From positions 266,807 to 330,806 of the forward strand of contig WGNL01000001.1 of assembly GCA_016124585.1 (NCBI GenBank): a stretch of DNA of 64,000 nt. The letters are read 5' to 3'. Source of the stretch: Bacteroidota bacterium. Lineage in GTDB: Bacteria; Bacteroidota; Bacteroidia; Chitinophagales; Saprospiraceae. Below the pieces are notes generated by a model that saw only the letters and a list, made by a program, of their open reading frames with translations, did no database searches and was not told the origin of the DNA. Made by a program: the position numbers and the translations under genes. Positions 39,101-46,760 of the stretch are shown piece by piece; position 1 is the stretch's first letter; each line of letters begins with the position of its first letter.

Positions 39101-39350
39101 TAATTTCAATGATATCCTCATCATTGATTGCCTACCGAATGACCCGACGAATCCAAGTCGTTTGCGGATATTCAATCGGTGGGGAGATGAAATCATCTCA
39201 TTTGAACCTTACCTGAACGAAGAAGGCTGGGATGGCACCTACGGAAGTGATAAGAAAGAAGTGCCTGCTGCTACCTATTTCTACCTGTTTGAAAGGGATA
39301 AAAATAGTGGTGAGAAACCGATTTCTGGTTACATAAAAGTGTCCCGTTAA
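33195..39350 (+). CDS. Giant T9SS type-B cargo (2051 aa): unknown N-terminal roughly 570-aa region, 14 Ig-like repeats, a cadherin/tandem-95-like segment and a gliding-motility C-terminal domain
   Basis: Signal-anchor-like N-terminus. 14 repeats are marked by GGG(T/S)(F/Y)C.G..V.L(T/S)A ... Y.W.GP.G. Then VVVNPDGTFTYTPG. C-terminus VPNVITPNGDNFNDILIID...LRIFNRWGDEI...ATYFYLF...GYIKVSR matches the CHU_C/type-B CTD. Confidence 0.88.
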   Translation: MKVSSPKQTTYRFSGQLGQFLFKYLMVLTLLLFAKDLIWAEGSKDLLTPPTAKRLFLDTRDPQQFKVYANAGEFINVGGSHLGFDGSGFISVYRPNGSLAMTFNDLGATSGLAIINNLTQELGGPTGGGTTNGTGYIPGVVTADASGVWTVVFDYNVNYSSSANFSNITNNFPWTRTTNQAQAHKRAILAYDITISIGGAGNQGGTPVSGRVYTNQFNGLINGNGPNNLTSPTFYVLTRDGYQYQVDFVDADPFRFPISSNSLGLVRKNAQSYSPVYKSLFESDFIRSADPSTWTVGDIFLYEPQAVSDPIVGIVNNKIFFNIPDASMPTTATVVDIYDGTRAEPYEEMPPHEFIPANPSPTSYTTWLYTATPQILNYSVFVAAANPGGIPCSSGAFLFGKGGYFIFTSNIGGTATLQIDIDNNGSFDDPIDIMLQGGLNAPTDSIYWDGFDGLGNPVAVQDSFPLVWQSSVQYGEIHIANADVENNYGGVTFTLLNPPPGDNGPTNVFSYNHTAVGGPISCPTPPCTNTTPLQTTVPYTYTNDLGNDRYLDQWTFRQGVTMQDTLFINIVTNCCVDGLPVLTGTGPSDICEGQDLVLTATNTEVGIGPLTYTWTGPAGFSFVETIGELETSTVTVPNIGLLSSGTFSVTASTADTCSSDLDFAVNVNSIPVATAITGGGSFCAGADVELTAMNIIPGITSVDYTWNGPGVPMGSESGTVAGGDPITLTIPNIQTSAAGTYTLTLVSELGCISIPVSTAVIVNPTPELTPISGAGSYCVDDDVTLAAINTATGINTMICTWNGPNLFNVTQTVNGNDTIKLSLNNVNNAFEGTYTLVCAVVGCTSTPVSFDVVVNSNPEINAISPNGSFCVGDSVTLTAFNVNTDTGPINYTWTGPNPNNPLFPFQGSGPEPGPFPVTIPSLGLDDAGTYTLVLETLGGCKSVPQSVTISINPSPEITITGGGDVCIGQDVTLTATNSTNFNSPVIYIWTGPSGSVLAQGVTSSDSACTLLIPNVSTANNGTYEIFKTFDNNGCQTTATTTLNVLPGLNIVNPTPDDDYCEFSSIVLTATNTVDAGDLTYTWHGPNGKMFGPYTVGSFDPLTAIIDEATLDCSGTWTLDVTSESGCNSNDVTVEINVLPSIRITSVTGGGTYCFNAEVMLNGTGEGSADSVHYTWTDPNGVIIGSGTTTPAGPFPAMSSGNIEGDYILEVIADSSGCSDSEVVTIDFNPLPEVMILNNDTTLCDLDTLEICGQALTPNIGSFSYAWTTPTGIIITGDASGNAPFCDTILPMQDYGEGAYVLVITSTGCTSEPDSFNVSLNPNPTISVLSGGGTFCEGDTIDFCFTNSNPEVVGFFYTCILPDGTQITGQTTTNDTICLPLSVSGTYCCSMESIDGCVSSLACETFTFVPSADLSVTANTPVCANDTLLLSGTNSLPCTGTISYAWNGPNGFTFVGTAPCNGPFTASVPNPVAGVYCLIAPLSSNCPDTACVTVVVNPAPEVVNNTIDGGGTYCEGEEVVLSAQVTISDNTDITYVWCQNGVPIPGETGTVPSGTTVTLDLGQVELSDDGEYCLKLTSVNGCINNPPTCTNVDVNPTPSILTVTGGGTYCEGVDVMLNGTGEPGLGTVSYMWMGPGGLLFSGSAPSEGPFPATIPNIMQIDSGIYTLIVKLGDCADSMSLLVHVNPKPIINVISGNGTFCAGQDVTYSFEIDPNGADSVFWTFTCTSGFDTSGVVTTVTTISITMMVNSTVSCTITAESNDGCEAEPKEITTNIQQIAPPVLDVTLNGVPSGGSSNVTACEGDEMVLTTMAQQGTVTYQWFKDGVLIGETTEPVFPVDPPMAGTYTVTVIVNGCTATSDPVVVTFPDPPIAVDDEYTSNTPTEVTGNVTDNDTPSTNVVVTILEQPSSGSVVVNPDGTFTYTPGEPIATTVTFTYQICLVDCPESCDQATVTITYLLECIVPNVITPNGDNFNDILIIDCLPNDPTNPSRLRIFNRWGDEIISFEPYLNEEGWDGTYGSDKKEVPAATYFYLFERDKNSGEKPISGYIKVSR
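34900..38800 (+). repeat. Coding tandem array of 14 divergent Ig-like repeats (about 75-95 aa each)
   Basis: I counted the Cys-containing repeat-start motif in the translation. The boundaries are approximate. Confidence 0.6.
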
Positions 39351-39434
39351 CACTAGGTTCGTGAGCGGTTGTGCCGTAAGGCGCAACCGCCCACCATCCA
39401 ATTAAATCCATCAACAGCCAAAAATATTTCGAAC

Positions 39435-40358
39435 ATGAAAAAGCTAATTTATACAATACTAATCACGTTTATCGCAATTTCGGCTTGGGCGCAGAGCGAG
39501 GCGATTTACACTTTCAATCTTTTCAACCAGCTCAACTTCAACCCAGCTTATGCAGGCTCTAAAGATGTGCTGGACGCTGGTCTGATTTACCGCAATCAAT
39601 GGTGGTCGGGAATTGATGGCTCCCCAAAAAATATCAACCTGTATGGCCACATGCCTTTTGCAAAAAACACCAGTGGTATTGGCCTCAATATCTTGACAGA
39701 TAAGATTGGTCTGGACAAAATCCTGACCATTGGGGCTGATTATGCCTATCGCATCCATTTCAAGAACCACAATACCTTGGCTTTGGGTATTGGAGGGCGG
39801 TATGAAAATGCACGGGCTGATTGGAATGAAATAAATGAAAAGGTAGGCCCTGGAGACCCAAATTTTGGAGACGGCGGGACTGAATCAAAAACAACCTTCA
39901 ACGTTGGCCCAGGCATTTATTTCAATAACAGGCTTTTCTACCTTGGAGCCTCGCTTCCAAGGATGTTGGCTAATTCATTATACAGCGACAAGGGCAAGTT
40001 CAGTGGAAAGGTAAATACTTGGTTTGTTCAAGGTGGTTTGACTTTGCCAATTAGCCAAAATGTTGAGCTTTTGCCTAATGTTCAGGTTCGTATCAATCCT
40101 AACTCGCCGTTCGATTTAGATGCTAACTTGAACGTAATGTTATACGATGCCTTCATGATCGGTGCCATGTACCGGCTAGACGATTCAATTGATGGTTTAT
40201 TGATGTACCAATTCAAAAACGGATTCCGCTTAGGTGTGGCAATAGATTTCACTACGTCAGACCTGAAGGATGCAACTACAGGCAGTTTTGAGCTAATGGC
40301 CGGCTATACATTCCCTTGCCCAACCTGCAAGGAAATCAAGAGCCTACGCTATTTTTAA
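39435..40358 (+). CDS. PorP/SprF-family type IX secretion outer-membrane protein
   Basis: Signal peptide MKKLIYTILITFIAISAWAQ, then NPAYAG...YRNQWWSGIDGSPKN, which is the hallmark PorP/SprF N-terminal motif. It has a beta-barrel-length body ending in ...LRYF. The start is moved from 39369 to 39435. Confidence 0.9.
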   Translation: MKKLIYTILITFIAISAWAQSEAIYTFNLFNQLNFNPAYAGSKDVLDAGLIYRNQWWSGIDGSPKNINLYGHMPFAKNTSGIGLNILTDKIGLDKILTIGADYAYRIHFKNHNTLALGIGGRYENARADWNEINEKVGPGDPNFGDGGTESKTTFNVGPGIYFNNRLFYLGASLPRMLANSLYSDKGKFSGKVNTWFVQGGLTLPISQNVELLPNVQVRINPNSPFDLDANLNVMLYDAFMIGAMYRLDDSIDGLLMYQFKNGFRLGVAIDFTTSDLKDATTGSFELMAGYTFPCPTCKEIKSLRYF

Positions 40359-40480
40359 GGAAAACCACCGGGCCTTTAGGTGCATGGACAATTGCAGCTA
40401 AAGGCGCTTAAACCCGGTGAAATCAATCGTTTTCGATAAAATGGTTTCACTGTTAAATTCAATTTCAAAAAAGAAAAACG

Positions 40481-42409
40481 ATGAAAAATATAAAACCCTT
40501 GCTACTGCTTTTTACCCTCGTCTTGAGCTTTCAGCTCTTTGGCCAGCAGGGTGTTGAGTTGAAAAACATCAAGGAAATCAATGGGTCGCAACTCGATTTC
40601 AGCCCGATACCTTATAAAAATGGGGTGATTTTTACCACTTCCAAAAGCAACCGCTTTCTGCAGTGTCCGCCAGAAAAGCCAGATGACTACACGGACTTGA
40701 AGTTTTCCGAAAAAAAGGATGATGGCAGTTTTACAAAACCAGTATCCCTATCGGGAAAGGTAAACGGCAAGTACAATGATGGCAACGCCGCCTTTAACCC
40801 AACTGGCGACAAAATGATTTTTACCCGAAACAACCTGGAGGGGAAAAATGCGCAAGGCATCATCGATTTGAAACTCTACTCCGCAGATTTGGAAGGTGAC
40901 AAATGGACGAATGTAACGGAGCTTCCTTTCAACAGCGATGATTGGTCAACTTGCCACCCGGCTCTTTCCAAAGACGGTACTTTGTTGGTGTTTTCGTCCA
41001 ACCCCCCTGGTTCAACGGAAAACAGCATGGACCTTTATTGGGCAAAATGGGAAAATGGTGTTTGGAGCATCCCGACTAATTTGGGGTTAGGTGTGAACAC
41101 CAATGCCAATGAACTTTTCCCTTTTTTGGATGAAAATAACACTTTGTTCTTTTCTTCTGATCGTCCTGGAGGAAGTGGTGGATTGGATATTTGGGTAGCA
41201 GAAATGGACGCCTCTGGGCAGTGGCAAATGGTTGGCAATCTTGGCGCACCATTTAATCAGAGCGGGGACGATGTGAGCTTTGTTTCCTTGAATGGCGGCA
41301 CGGAAGGCTATATCGCCAGCGATCGTGGCCACCAAGATGCAAAAGGTAAGGACGACATCTATCTTTGGAAATACGACCCCCAGCCAAGAGACGTCATTAT
41401 CGCCGTAGAGGACAAAGAGACAAAAGAACGCTTGGTAGGTGCTACGGTTGATATCACGCCAGTGGAGTATGGCAATATGTTGGACAAGATTTACAGTGGC
41501 CCTAAGGTGGCTAAAAACGAAGTTTTGACCACCGATAAAAATGGCTTGGTAACCTATTCGGTTCGCAAAGGCAACAAGTATGCAATTGTCACCAACAAAG
41601 CGGAATACAAACCTGACAAACGGGAGGTAATGGCGGAGCAATTCCCGGAATCGCCCACGCCGTACATTATTCCTCTTGAAAGGGAAATATGCTTGGTCAA
41701 GATGGTAATCGAAGTGGTGGAAGACCCATCTGGCAATAAGATTTCCTTGGCAGATATTACTGTTACAGATAAAAAAACTGGAAAAGTTATCAATTTGAAA
41801 AGCGATGCAAATGGAGAAGCTTTCATCGCTCAGGTTGAATGTGATCACGATTACGAAATCACAGGTAAAAAAGAGAATTATTACCCAAATACCGTACGTA
41901 TCACCAATCCTAAAGGCAAGTTTAAGCATGGCGAAGAGGTGCGTGTGAAAGTGCCATTGAAACCATTGCAAGTGGTTATGCTGGAGCCAATTTTCTTTGA
42001 TTTTGATAAGTATTACATCCGTAAAAGGGATGCCCAGCCAACACTTGATAATTTGGCTGACATCATGAATCAATATCCATCCTTGGTAGTTCGATTGGGG
42101 GGCAACACAGACTCAAGGGGTACCAACAAATACAATGAACGCTTGGGGGTAAACCGTGCAAGGTCGGCGAAGGATTACTTGGTCAGGAAGAAAAAAGTGA
42201 ACAAGGATCGAATTCTAACGGAAGCCTTTGGTGAAACAAGGCCAGTCAACAATTGTACGGACGAAGTTTACTGTCCTGAAACGGACCACCAACTCAACCG
42301 CCGGGTGGATGTAACTGCAGAGCGCCACAATGAGCAAGGTGTTGTTTTCAAAACTAGGCCAGTGAGCGAAATGCACGTTGAATCAGACCGGAAAGACAGG
42401 AAGAAATAA
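40481..42409 (+). CDS. PorE-like OmpA-family protein (TolB-type beta-propeller repeats, carboxypeptidase-regulatory-like domains and a C-terminal OmpA peptidoglycan-binding domain)
   Basis: Signal peptide. PD40-like repeats (FSP...G..I(F/V)FTS.R, LFFSSDRPGG.GGLDIW). C-terminal FDFDKYYIR......LD.LA.....P...V.L.GNTDSRGT..YN..LG..RA......L is the OmpA_C signature. Confidence 0.85.
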   Translation: MKNIKPLLLLFTLVLSFQLFGQQGVELKNIKEINGSQLDFSPIPYKNGVIFTTSKSNRFLQCPPEKPDDYTDLKFSEKKDDGSFTKPVSLSGKVNGKYNDGNAAFNPTGDKMIFTRNNLEGKNAQGIIDLKLYSADLEGDKWTNVTELPFNSDDWSTCHPALSKDGTLLVFSSNPPGSTENSMDLYWAKWENGVWSIPTNLGLGVNTNANELFPFLDENNTLFFSSDRPGGSGGLDIWVAEMDASGQWQMVGNLGAPFNQSGDDVSFVSLNGGTEGYIASDRGHQDAKGKDDIYLWKYDPQPRDVIIAVEDKETKERLVGATVDITPVEYGNMLDKIYSGPKVAKNEVLTTDKNGLVTYSVRKGNKYAIVTNKAEYKPDKREVMAEQFPESPTPYIIPLEREICLVKMVIEVVEDPSGNKISLADITVTDKKTGKVINLKSDANGEAFIAQVECDHDYEITGKKENYYPNTVRITNPKGKFKHGEEVRVKVPLKPLQVVMLEPIFFDFDKYYIRKRDAQPTLDNLADIMNQYPSLVVRLGGNTDSRGTNKYNERLGVNRARSAKDYLVRKKKVNKDRILTEAFGETRPVNNCTDEVYCPETDHQLNRRVDVTAERHNEQGVVFKTRPVSEMHVESDRKDRKK

Positions 42410-42459
42410 ACGAGGTATGCCTGAATAAATCAGGCGCTTCAACATAGTATGATAAAATG

Positions 42460-42495
42460 AAAATGCCGCAATCAGTGATGGTTGCGGCATTTTTT
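42460..42495. terminator. Bidirectional rho-independent terminator
   Basis: aaaatgccgcaa ... ttgcggcatttttt lies between convergent genes. Confidence 0.85.
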
Positions 42496-42518
42496 ATGAA
42501 GTAATATGCACTATGAAA

Positions 42519-43817
42519 TCATGAGAACATACCAGCTACACAGGCTGTCAGGAAACTGGCAATCGTGCCGCCAATCATCGCTTTTATCCCCAGCTCCGTC
42601 AGGTTTTTTCGCTGTGTAGGTGCCAAAGCGCTGATTCCCCCAATTTGGATGCCGATAGAAGCAAAATTGGCAAATCCACAAAGTGCGTATGTGGTAATGA
42701 TGATGGATTTTTCTGTCATCATTGTCTTTAATTCAGGTAATTTGCCATAGGCTACAAATTCATTAACTGCTGTTTTAATCCCTAAAAGCTGCCCAACGAC
42801 CATAGAATCTTGCCATGGGACTCCCAAAATCCAAGCTATAGGGGCAAAAACAAGTCCTAGAATATATTCAAGAGAAAGTCCAGTAAATTTACCACCAGTA
42901 GCATCCATGATCGCTGTATTCAGGTGCGTGATATCTCCGATAAAAAATAATATTGCATTCAACATAGCAATCATGGCAGTGAAAACAAGTAGCATAATTC
43001 CTACATTGACAGCAAGTTTAAACCCATCTGTAGCACCTTGTGTAATTGAGTCAAGAATATTTGAACCAGATTTTTCTTTTGGAACATCTAAACGTTGGTC
43101 TTCAAGTGTAATTTCTTTACTTTCAGGAAGTATCATTTTAGCAGCAACAATTGCAGCAGGGGCTGACATTATTGAAGCTGTCAGCAAATGCCTTGCAAAT
43201 AAATGTTGGGATGCTTCATCAGAACCACCAAGAAACTGCACATATGCTGCGAATACACTTCCAGCGATAGTTGCAAAACCTCCAACCATAAGGCACATAA
43301 TTTCTGACCTCGACATTCTTTCAAGATAAGGCCGTATCACTAAAGGTGCCTCAGTTTGTCCAATAAATACATTTGCAGCCGCAGCAAGGCTTTCAGCACC
43401 AGTAAGTTTCATTGTCCGGCTCATTACCCATGCAATACCTTTTGTGATAATTTGAAGGATACCCAAGTAATATAATAGGGAAGAAAGTGCTGAAAAGAAG
43501 ACAATTGTAGGAAGTATTTTAAATACAAAGTTATTTAGCGCATCATCTACCAAATTGTTATCAAAACGATGGAATAAGAAATCAATCCCAGATTGCGTAA
43601 AATTTAAAACTTGAACAAAGAAATTAGCAACGTAATCAAAAATAATTGTAACTACTTCAACTTTCAGGACTAATAATCCTAAGGCTATTTGTAGAAACAT
43701 TCCACCTGCCACAATGCGCCATTTAATGCCCCTCTTATTATTGCTCATCAAGTACAAGATGCCCAGCATCACTGCCACACCCAGCAAGCCCCTAAAAATA
43801 TTGGTGATTAAGTCCAT
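42519..43817 (-). CDS. NupC/NupG-family concentrative nucleoside transporter
   Basis: 432 aa and polytopic. GTEAP-like (GQTEAPL), G(G)FATIAGS and CGFANF motifs are characteristic of the CNT family. Confidence 0.85.
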   Translation of the reverse strand: MDLITNIFRGLLGVAVMLGILYLMSNNKRGIKWRIVAGGMFLQIALGLLVLKVEVVTIIFDYVANFFVQVLNFTQSGIDFLFHRFDNNLVDDALNNFVFKILPTIVFFSALSSLLYYLGILQIITKGIAWVMSRTMKLTGAESLAAAANVFIGQTEAPLVIRPYLERMSRSEIMCLMVGGFATIAGSVFAAYVQFLGGSDEASQHLFARHLLTASIMSAPAAIVAAKMILPESKEITLEDQRLDVPKEKSGSNILDSITQGATDGFKLAVNVGIMLLVFTAMIAMLNAILFFIGDITHLNTAIMDATGGKFTGLSLEYILGLVFAPIAWILGVPWQDSMVVGQLLGIKTAVNEFVAYGKLPELKTMMTEKSIIITTYALCGFANFASIGIQIGGISALAPTQRKNLTELGIKAMIGGTIASFLTACVAGMFS

Positions 43818-43918
43818 CGTGTTGTTCCGTTTTTGTTTTGATTTTTATGAAATAACATTGTCAAAGCCAAATGTAATGCATCCCTACAATTTCGCACACA
43901 CACTTGTACGCTTAGCTG

Positions 43919-44482
43919 CTACCAATTCGTGAACGCCCGATTGAAAATCCTGTCCACCAGTTCTTTGTTGATGTTGTTGATGAGGGTTTCCTGTACATCG
44001 AGCAGGTTGTCATTAGCTCCAAAAAAGTCTTCGAACGAAAACTGCTGCTTCCAATTGGCCTTTTCGTCCTTGTTGTTCACAAAGTTTATTTGGACTGCTA
44101 TGGTGAGTTTGTTGAAGCCAATCTGTTCGCCCGCTTTCGGTGCTTCGGCCGTTACCCTAAAGTCCGTCACAGCGCCGGAAAACTCCACATCGGGTTCTTC
44201 GTCGTTGTATTTTAGCCTTGATTCCGTCCTGATTTTGTCCTTCAATCTTTCAGTTAGGTCACGGGGTAGGGTAGGAGTAGAACTGGGCGCTTGATTTTCC
44301 AAAAGTTCTACGTAGTAGGTATTCACATTTGGCGGAATGCTGATGCCCTGAAAGGAGTAGCCATTTCCTCGAATCATACAGCCTTGCAGGGAAAGGAAAC
44401 TAACTCCTATGAAAACCAAAACTAGCCAAGGCAATCGATTTGCATTTTGCCCAAACTGAAAATGGAAACATTTGTTCGACAT
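43919..44482 (-). CDS. lptE: LptE-family LPS-assembly lipoprotein (Bacteroidota type)
   Basis: Lipobox LSLQGC, then YSF.G....V.T..V..F.N.A. A later (N)KLTIAV.(I/V).F.N... segment and the C-terminal ...I(F)N.AF(T/A).W closely follow the Bacteroidota LptE pattern as I recall it. Confidence 0.65.
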   Translation of the reverse strand: MSNKCFHFQFGQNANRLPWLVLVFIGVSFLSLQGCMIRGNGYSFQGISIPPNVNTYYVELLENQAPSSTPTLPRDLTERLKDKIRTESRLKYNDEEPDVEFSGAVTDFRVTAEAPKAGEQIGFNKLTIAVQINFVNNKDEKANWKQQFSFEDFFGANDNLLDVQETLINNINKELVDRIFNRAFTNW

Positions 44483-44519
44483 CGAAATTTGCTAATTGTA
44501 CCAATGTTATTAACATCAA

Positions 44520-44620
44520 GGAACACGCCGCTTTGTCTTCGCCGCAGACGACCTGTGCCCGTCTTGGTATGCTCTCATTACGAAAACAGTTCCTTTCAGG
44601 ATGACAAAGCGGCATGTTCC
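44520..44620 (-). ncRNA. Candidate structured RNA or miniature inverted-repeat element: an 18-bp closing stem around a 65-nt core
   Basis: ggaacacgccgctttgtc (44520-37) and gacaaagcggcatgttcc (44603-20) are reverse complements except for one position. That position is C/A on the + strand and becomes a G-U wobble on the - strand. The core can form sub-hairpins on the - strand (UCC-UGAAA-GGA; GUCU-GCGGCGA-AGAC). The class is unknown. Confidence 0.4.
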
Positions 44621-44767
44621 TAGACAAATAAGGATTCACCACTTTATTTCAAAATAGCGTATCGTAATTTTGAATTAATCCAACGCCCGAAGATAGGGTT
44701 GCTATACAAATAAACGCATACTGAACAGGCACCAACTGGCATTTGCCAAACTTTAATACCTTGCTGC

Positions 44768-45673
44768 ATGCTTCTTTTCATGAAAATATTGGTTGGTTTC
44801 GCTGTGAGCTACCTCGCCCTGTACCTGCTCGTTCCGCCAGGGAATTTTCTCTACGAGGGTCTGCGCCTTCCGTTTTGGCTGTTGAAATTAAAGCGATTGG
44901 AGCGGCCGGAACCAAAAGCCGTGAAATACCAGTACGGCAACCACTTCCGCCAATACCTGCTCCATTTTAAATCATTAGCTGATGCTCCCGAAAAAAAGCA
45001 TGTCGTCATCTACATCCACGGTAGCGGCTGGCAGCATGGCCGCCCTGAGATGTTCAAAGCAAATGCCCAATGGCTAGCAGGAATGGGACATCATGCATTT
45101 TTCTTGTCTCATCGGCGCATCCCGCAATGCGATATTCGAGAGCTGCGGGAAGACATGGGCTTGGCAATTAAAGAAGTAGTGGAAATCATGGAAGCAAAAG
45201 GCTTGTCCCATAAGAAAATCCTGCTTTGCGGTAATTCGGCCGGTGGTCACTTGGCTGCTTTGGCTATGTTTGACCGGAGATTGCTTGCCGAGGTCAGGCT
45301 TTCACCAGACTTGTTTTCGGCCTTGGCGCTATTCGCTGCCCCGCTCGACCTGCGGGTCATGTGGTCTTCCCCGCCGCTGTTGATGCTGACCCGGATGAAA
45401 AAGCCCGAAATCTTTGAATTGGGGAACCCGATTTTGTACTTGAATTCCGAGGTGAAAATTCCAACGCTTCTGATTCACGGTGAAAAAGATGGTATCGTGG
45501 AATGCCAAAACACGATTGTTTTTGAAGAAAAACTGCGCAGCATGGGCACTAAAAAACTGCAATTTGAAACCTTGGAAAATGGGATGCACTTGGATTCGGC
45601 GAGCTGGTGTATTCCGGGGCATACTTGTAGCTTGATATTTGAGAATTGGTTGAAAGTAATTGAGCGGCATTGA
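44768..45673 (+). CDS. Alpha/beta hydrolase (esterase/lipase-like)
   Basis: HGSGW oxyanion-region motif and GNSAGGHLA nucleophile elbow (GxSxG). An N-terminal TM/signal segment and a late HGEKD...H. Confidence 0.8.
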   Translation: MLLFMKILVGFAVSYLALYLLVPPGNFLYEGLRLPFWLLKLKRLERPEPKAVKYQYGNHFRQYLLHFKSLADAPEKKHVVIYIHGSGWQHGRPEMFKANAQWLAGMGHHAFFLSHRRIPQCDIRELREDMGLAIKEVVEIMEAKGLSHKKILLCGNSAGGHLAALAMFDRRLLAEVRLSPDLFSALALFAAPLDLRVMWSSPPLLMLTRMKKPEIFELGNPILYLNSEVKIPTLLIHGEKDGIVECQNTIVFEEKLRSMGTKKLQFETLENGMHLDSASWCIPGHTCSLIFENWLKVIERH

Positions 45674-45680
45674 GAAATGC

Positions 45681-46721
45681 TCAATTTACCACCTTAAAAA
45701 CCAGTTCCTTTAACAGTTCCCCATCCTCTTTACCTGTGGTGATAAAATCGACCCCTTTTGACATCAGGTCGTATGTCCTCAAGTCCGAAATGATTTGCTC
45801 TGTTTTAGGCAAGGAGAAATGCTTCAGCGCTGAACGATATTCCTTCAATGCATAGGGCGAACGCAATCCTAGCTTTTTCTGCACATCACTGTCAGGTGCA
45901 TTTTTCAAAAAATGCAACATATAAACCTTGGTAAAAAAACTGGCCAACGAGGACACAACCATGATGAATGGATTCCGTTTCGGGTTCTCTACGAAATTCT
46001 GCGTGATGCGTGCAATTTTCGCCAAGTCCTTGTTGCTGAGTGCTTTTTGAAGTTCGAAAATATTGTACTCCCGACTAATGCCTACATGTGCTTCCACATG
46101 ACTGGCGGTGATTTCGGTGCCTGCTTGCAGGTGCAGAGCCAGCTTGTCAAGTTCATGGGAAATAAGTGAAAGGTCGGTACCAAGATACTCCGCCAATAGG
46201 TCGGCAGCGCCTGGCGTGATTTTCAATTTGAGGTGGCCCAGATAATCATGAATCCAATCGGGTATTTGGTTGTCATACAGCTTTTTGCTGTCAAAAACAA
46301 TCCCTTTCTCCTGCAACAACTTCCCGAATTTGGTTGAGGTATTGAATGATTTGTGCTTATGGCAAAGCACCAAAATTGTAGAACTGAGCGGGTTTGCCAC
46401 GTATTTTTCGAGGTCTTTTAAATCCTTCATATCCTGTGCCTCTTTGACAATGACCACTGAGTTTTGGGCCATCATTGGGTAACGACGGGCGTTGTCAATG
46501 ACAGCTAAATGGTCTACATCACGTCCATAAAGCACCACTTGATTGAAGGAGCGTTCACTTTCCGTCAGGGCATTTTCTTCGATAAAATCTGAAATGGCAT
46601 CAATGAAAAAGGGCTCGCTTCCGTGCAGGAAATAAATGGGTTGGAATTTTTTCTTTTTAAGGTCTCCTAAAATCTGTTGGTAGGTCAAAACGGGTAAGTG
46701 TTTGGATTTCGTAAAAAGCAT
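45681..46721 (-). CDS. holA: DNA polymerase III subunit delta
   Basis: 346 aa. YFLHGSEPFFID N-terminal region and the overall delta-subunit (clamp-loader AAA-like without a P-loop) layout. Confidence 0.8.
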   Translation of the reverse strand: MLFTKSKHLPVLTYQQILGDLKKKKFQPIYFLHGSEPFFIDAISDFIEENALTESERSFNQVVLYGRDVDHLAVIDNARRYPMMAQNSVVIVKEAQDMKDLKDLEKYVANPLSSTILVLCHKHKSFNTSTKFGKLLQEKGIVFDSKKLYDNQIPDWIHDYLGHLKLKITPGAADLLAEYLGTDLSLISHELDKLALHLQAGTEITASHVEAHVGISREYNIFELQKALSNKDLAKIARITQNFVENPKRNPFIMVVSSLASFFTKVYMLHFLKNAPDSDVQKKLGLRSPYALKEYRSALKHFSLPKTEQIISDLRTYDLMSKGVDFITTGKEDGELLKELVFKVVN

Positions 46722-46748
46722 CGGGGAGGCTTCAAGCCTCCCCGATGC
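46718..46748 (-). terminator. GC-rich hairpin in the 39-bp spacer that overlaps the holA start codon
   Basis: gcatcggggaggctt c aagcctccccgatgc is palindromic. On the - strand the 3' arm contains the ATG of holA (46721-46719). Confidence 0.6.
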
Positions 46749-46760
46749 TAACTGATTGAT

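Noticed and set aside
41087-42073. 328-aa ORF antisense to the PorE-like OmpA gene. Similar long antisense ORFs occur at 18015-18704, 20689-21225, 7135-7800, 54259-54774, 54639-55124 and 13864-14313.
   Set aside because: All lie fully inside, and opposite to, genes with strong family signatures. Their translations are low-complexity or Cys/Arg/Ser-rich with no motifs. They are shadow ORFs of biased-composition coding regions.
44520-44620. Possible small SRP (4.5S) RNA, suggested by the roughly 100-nt hairpin size and a UCC-UGAAA-GGAAC segment resembling the domain IV loop
   Set aside because: The GNRA-like loop is not at the apex of the long hairpin. The 3' side after it does not pair back with the 5' strand, and the conserved GGAAGCAGCC-type context is absent.
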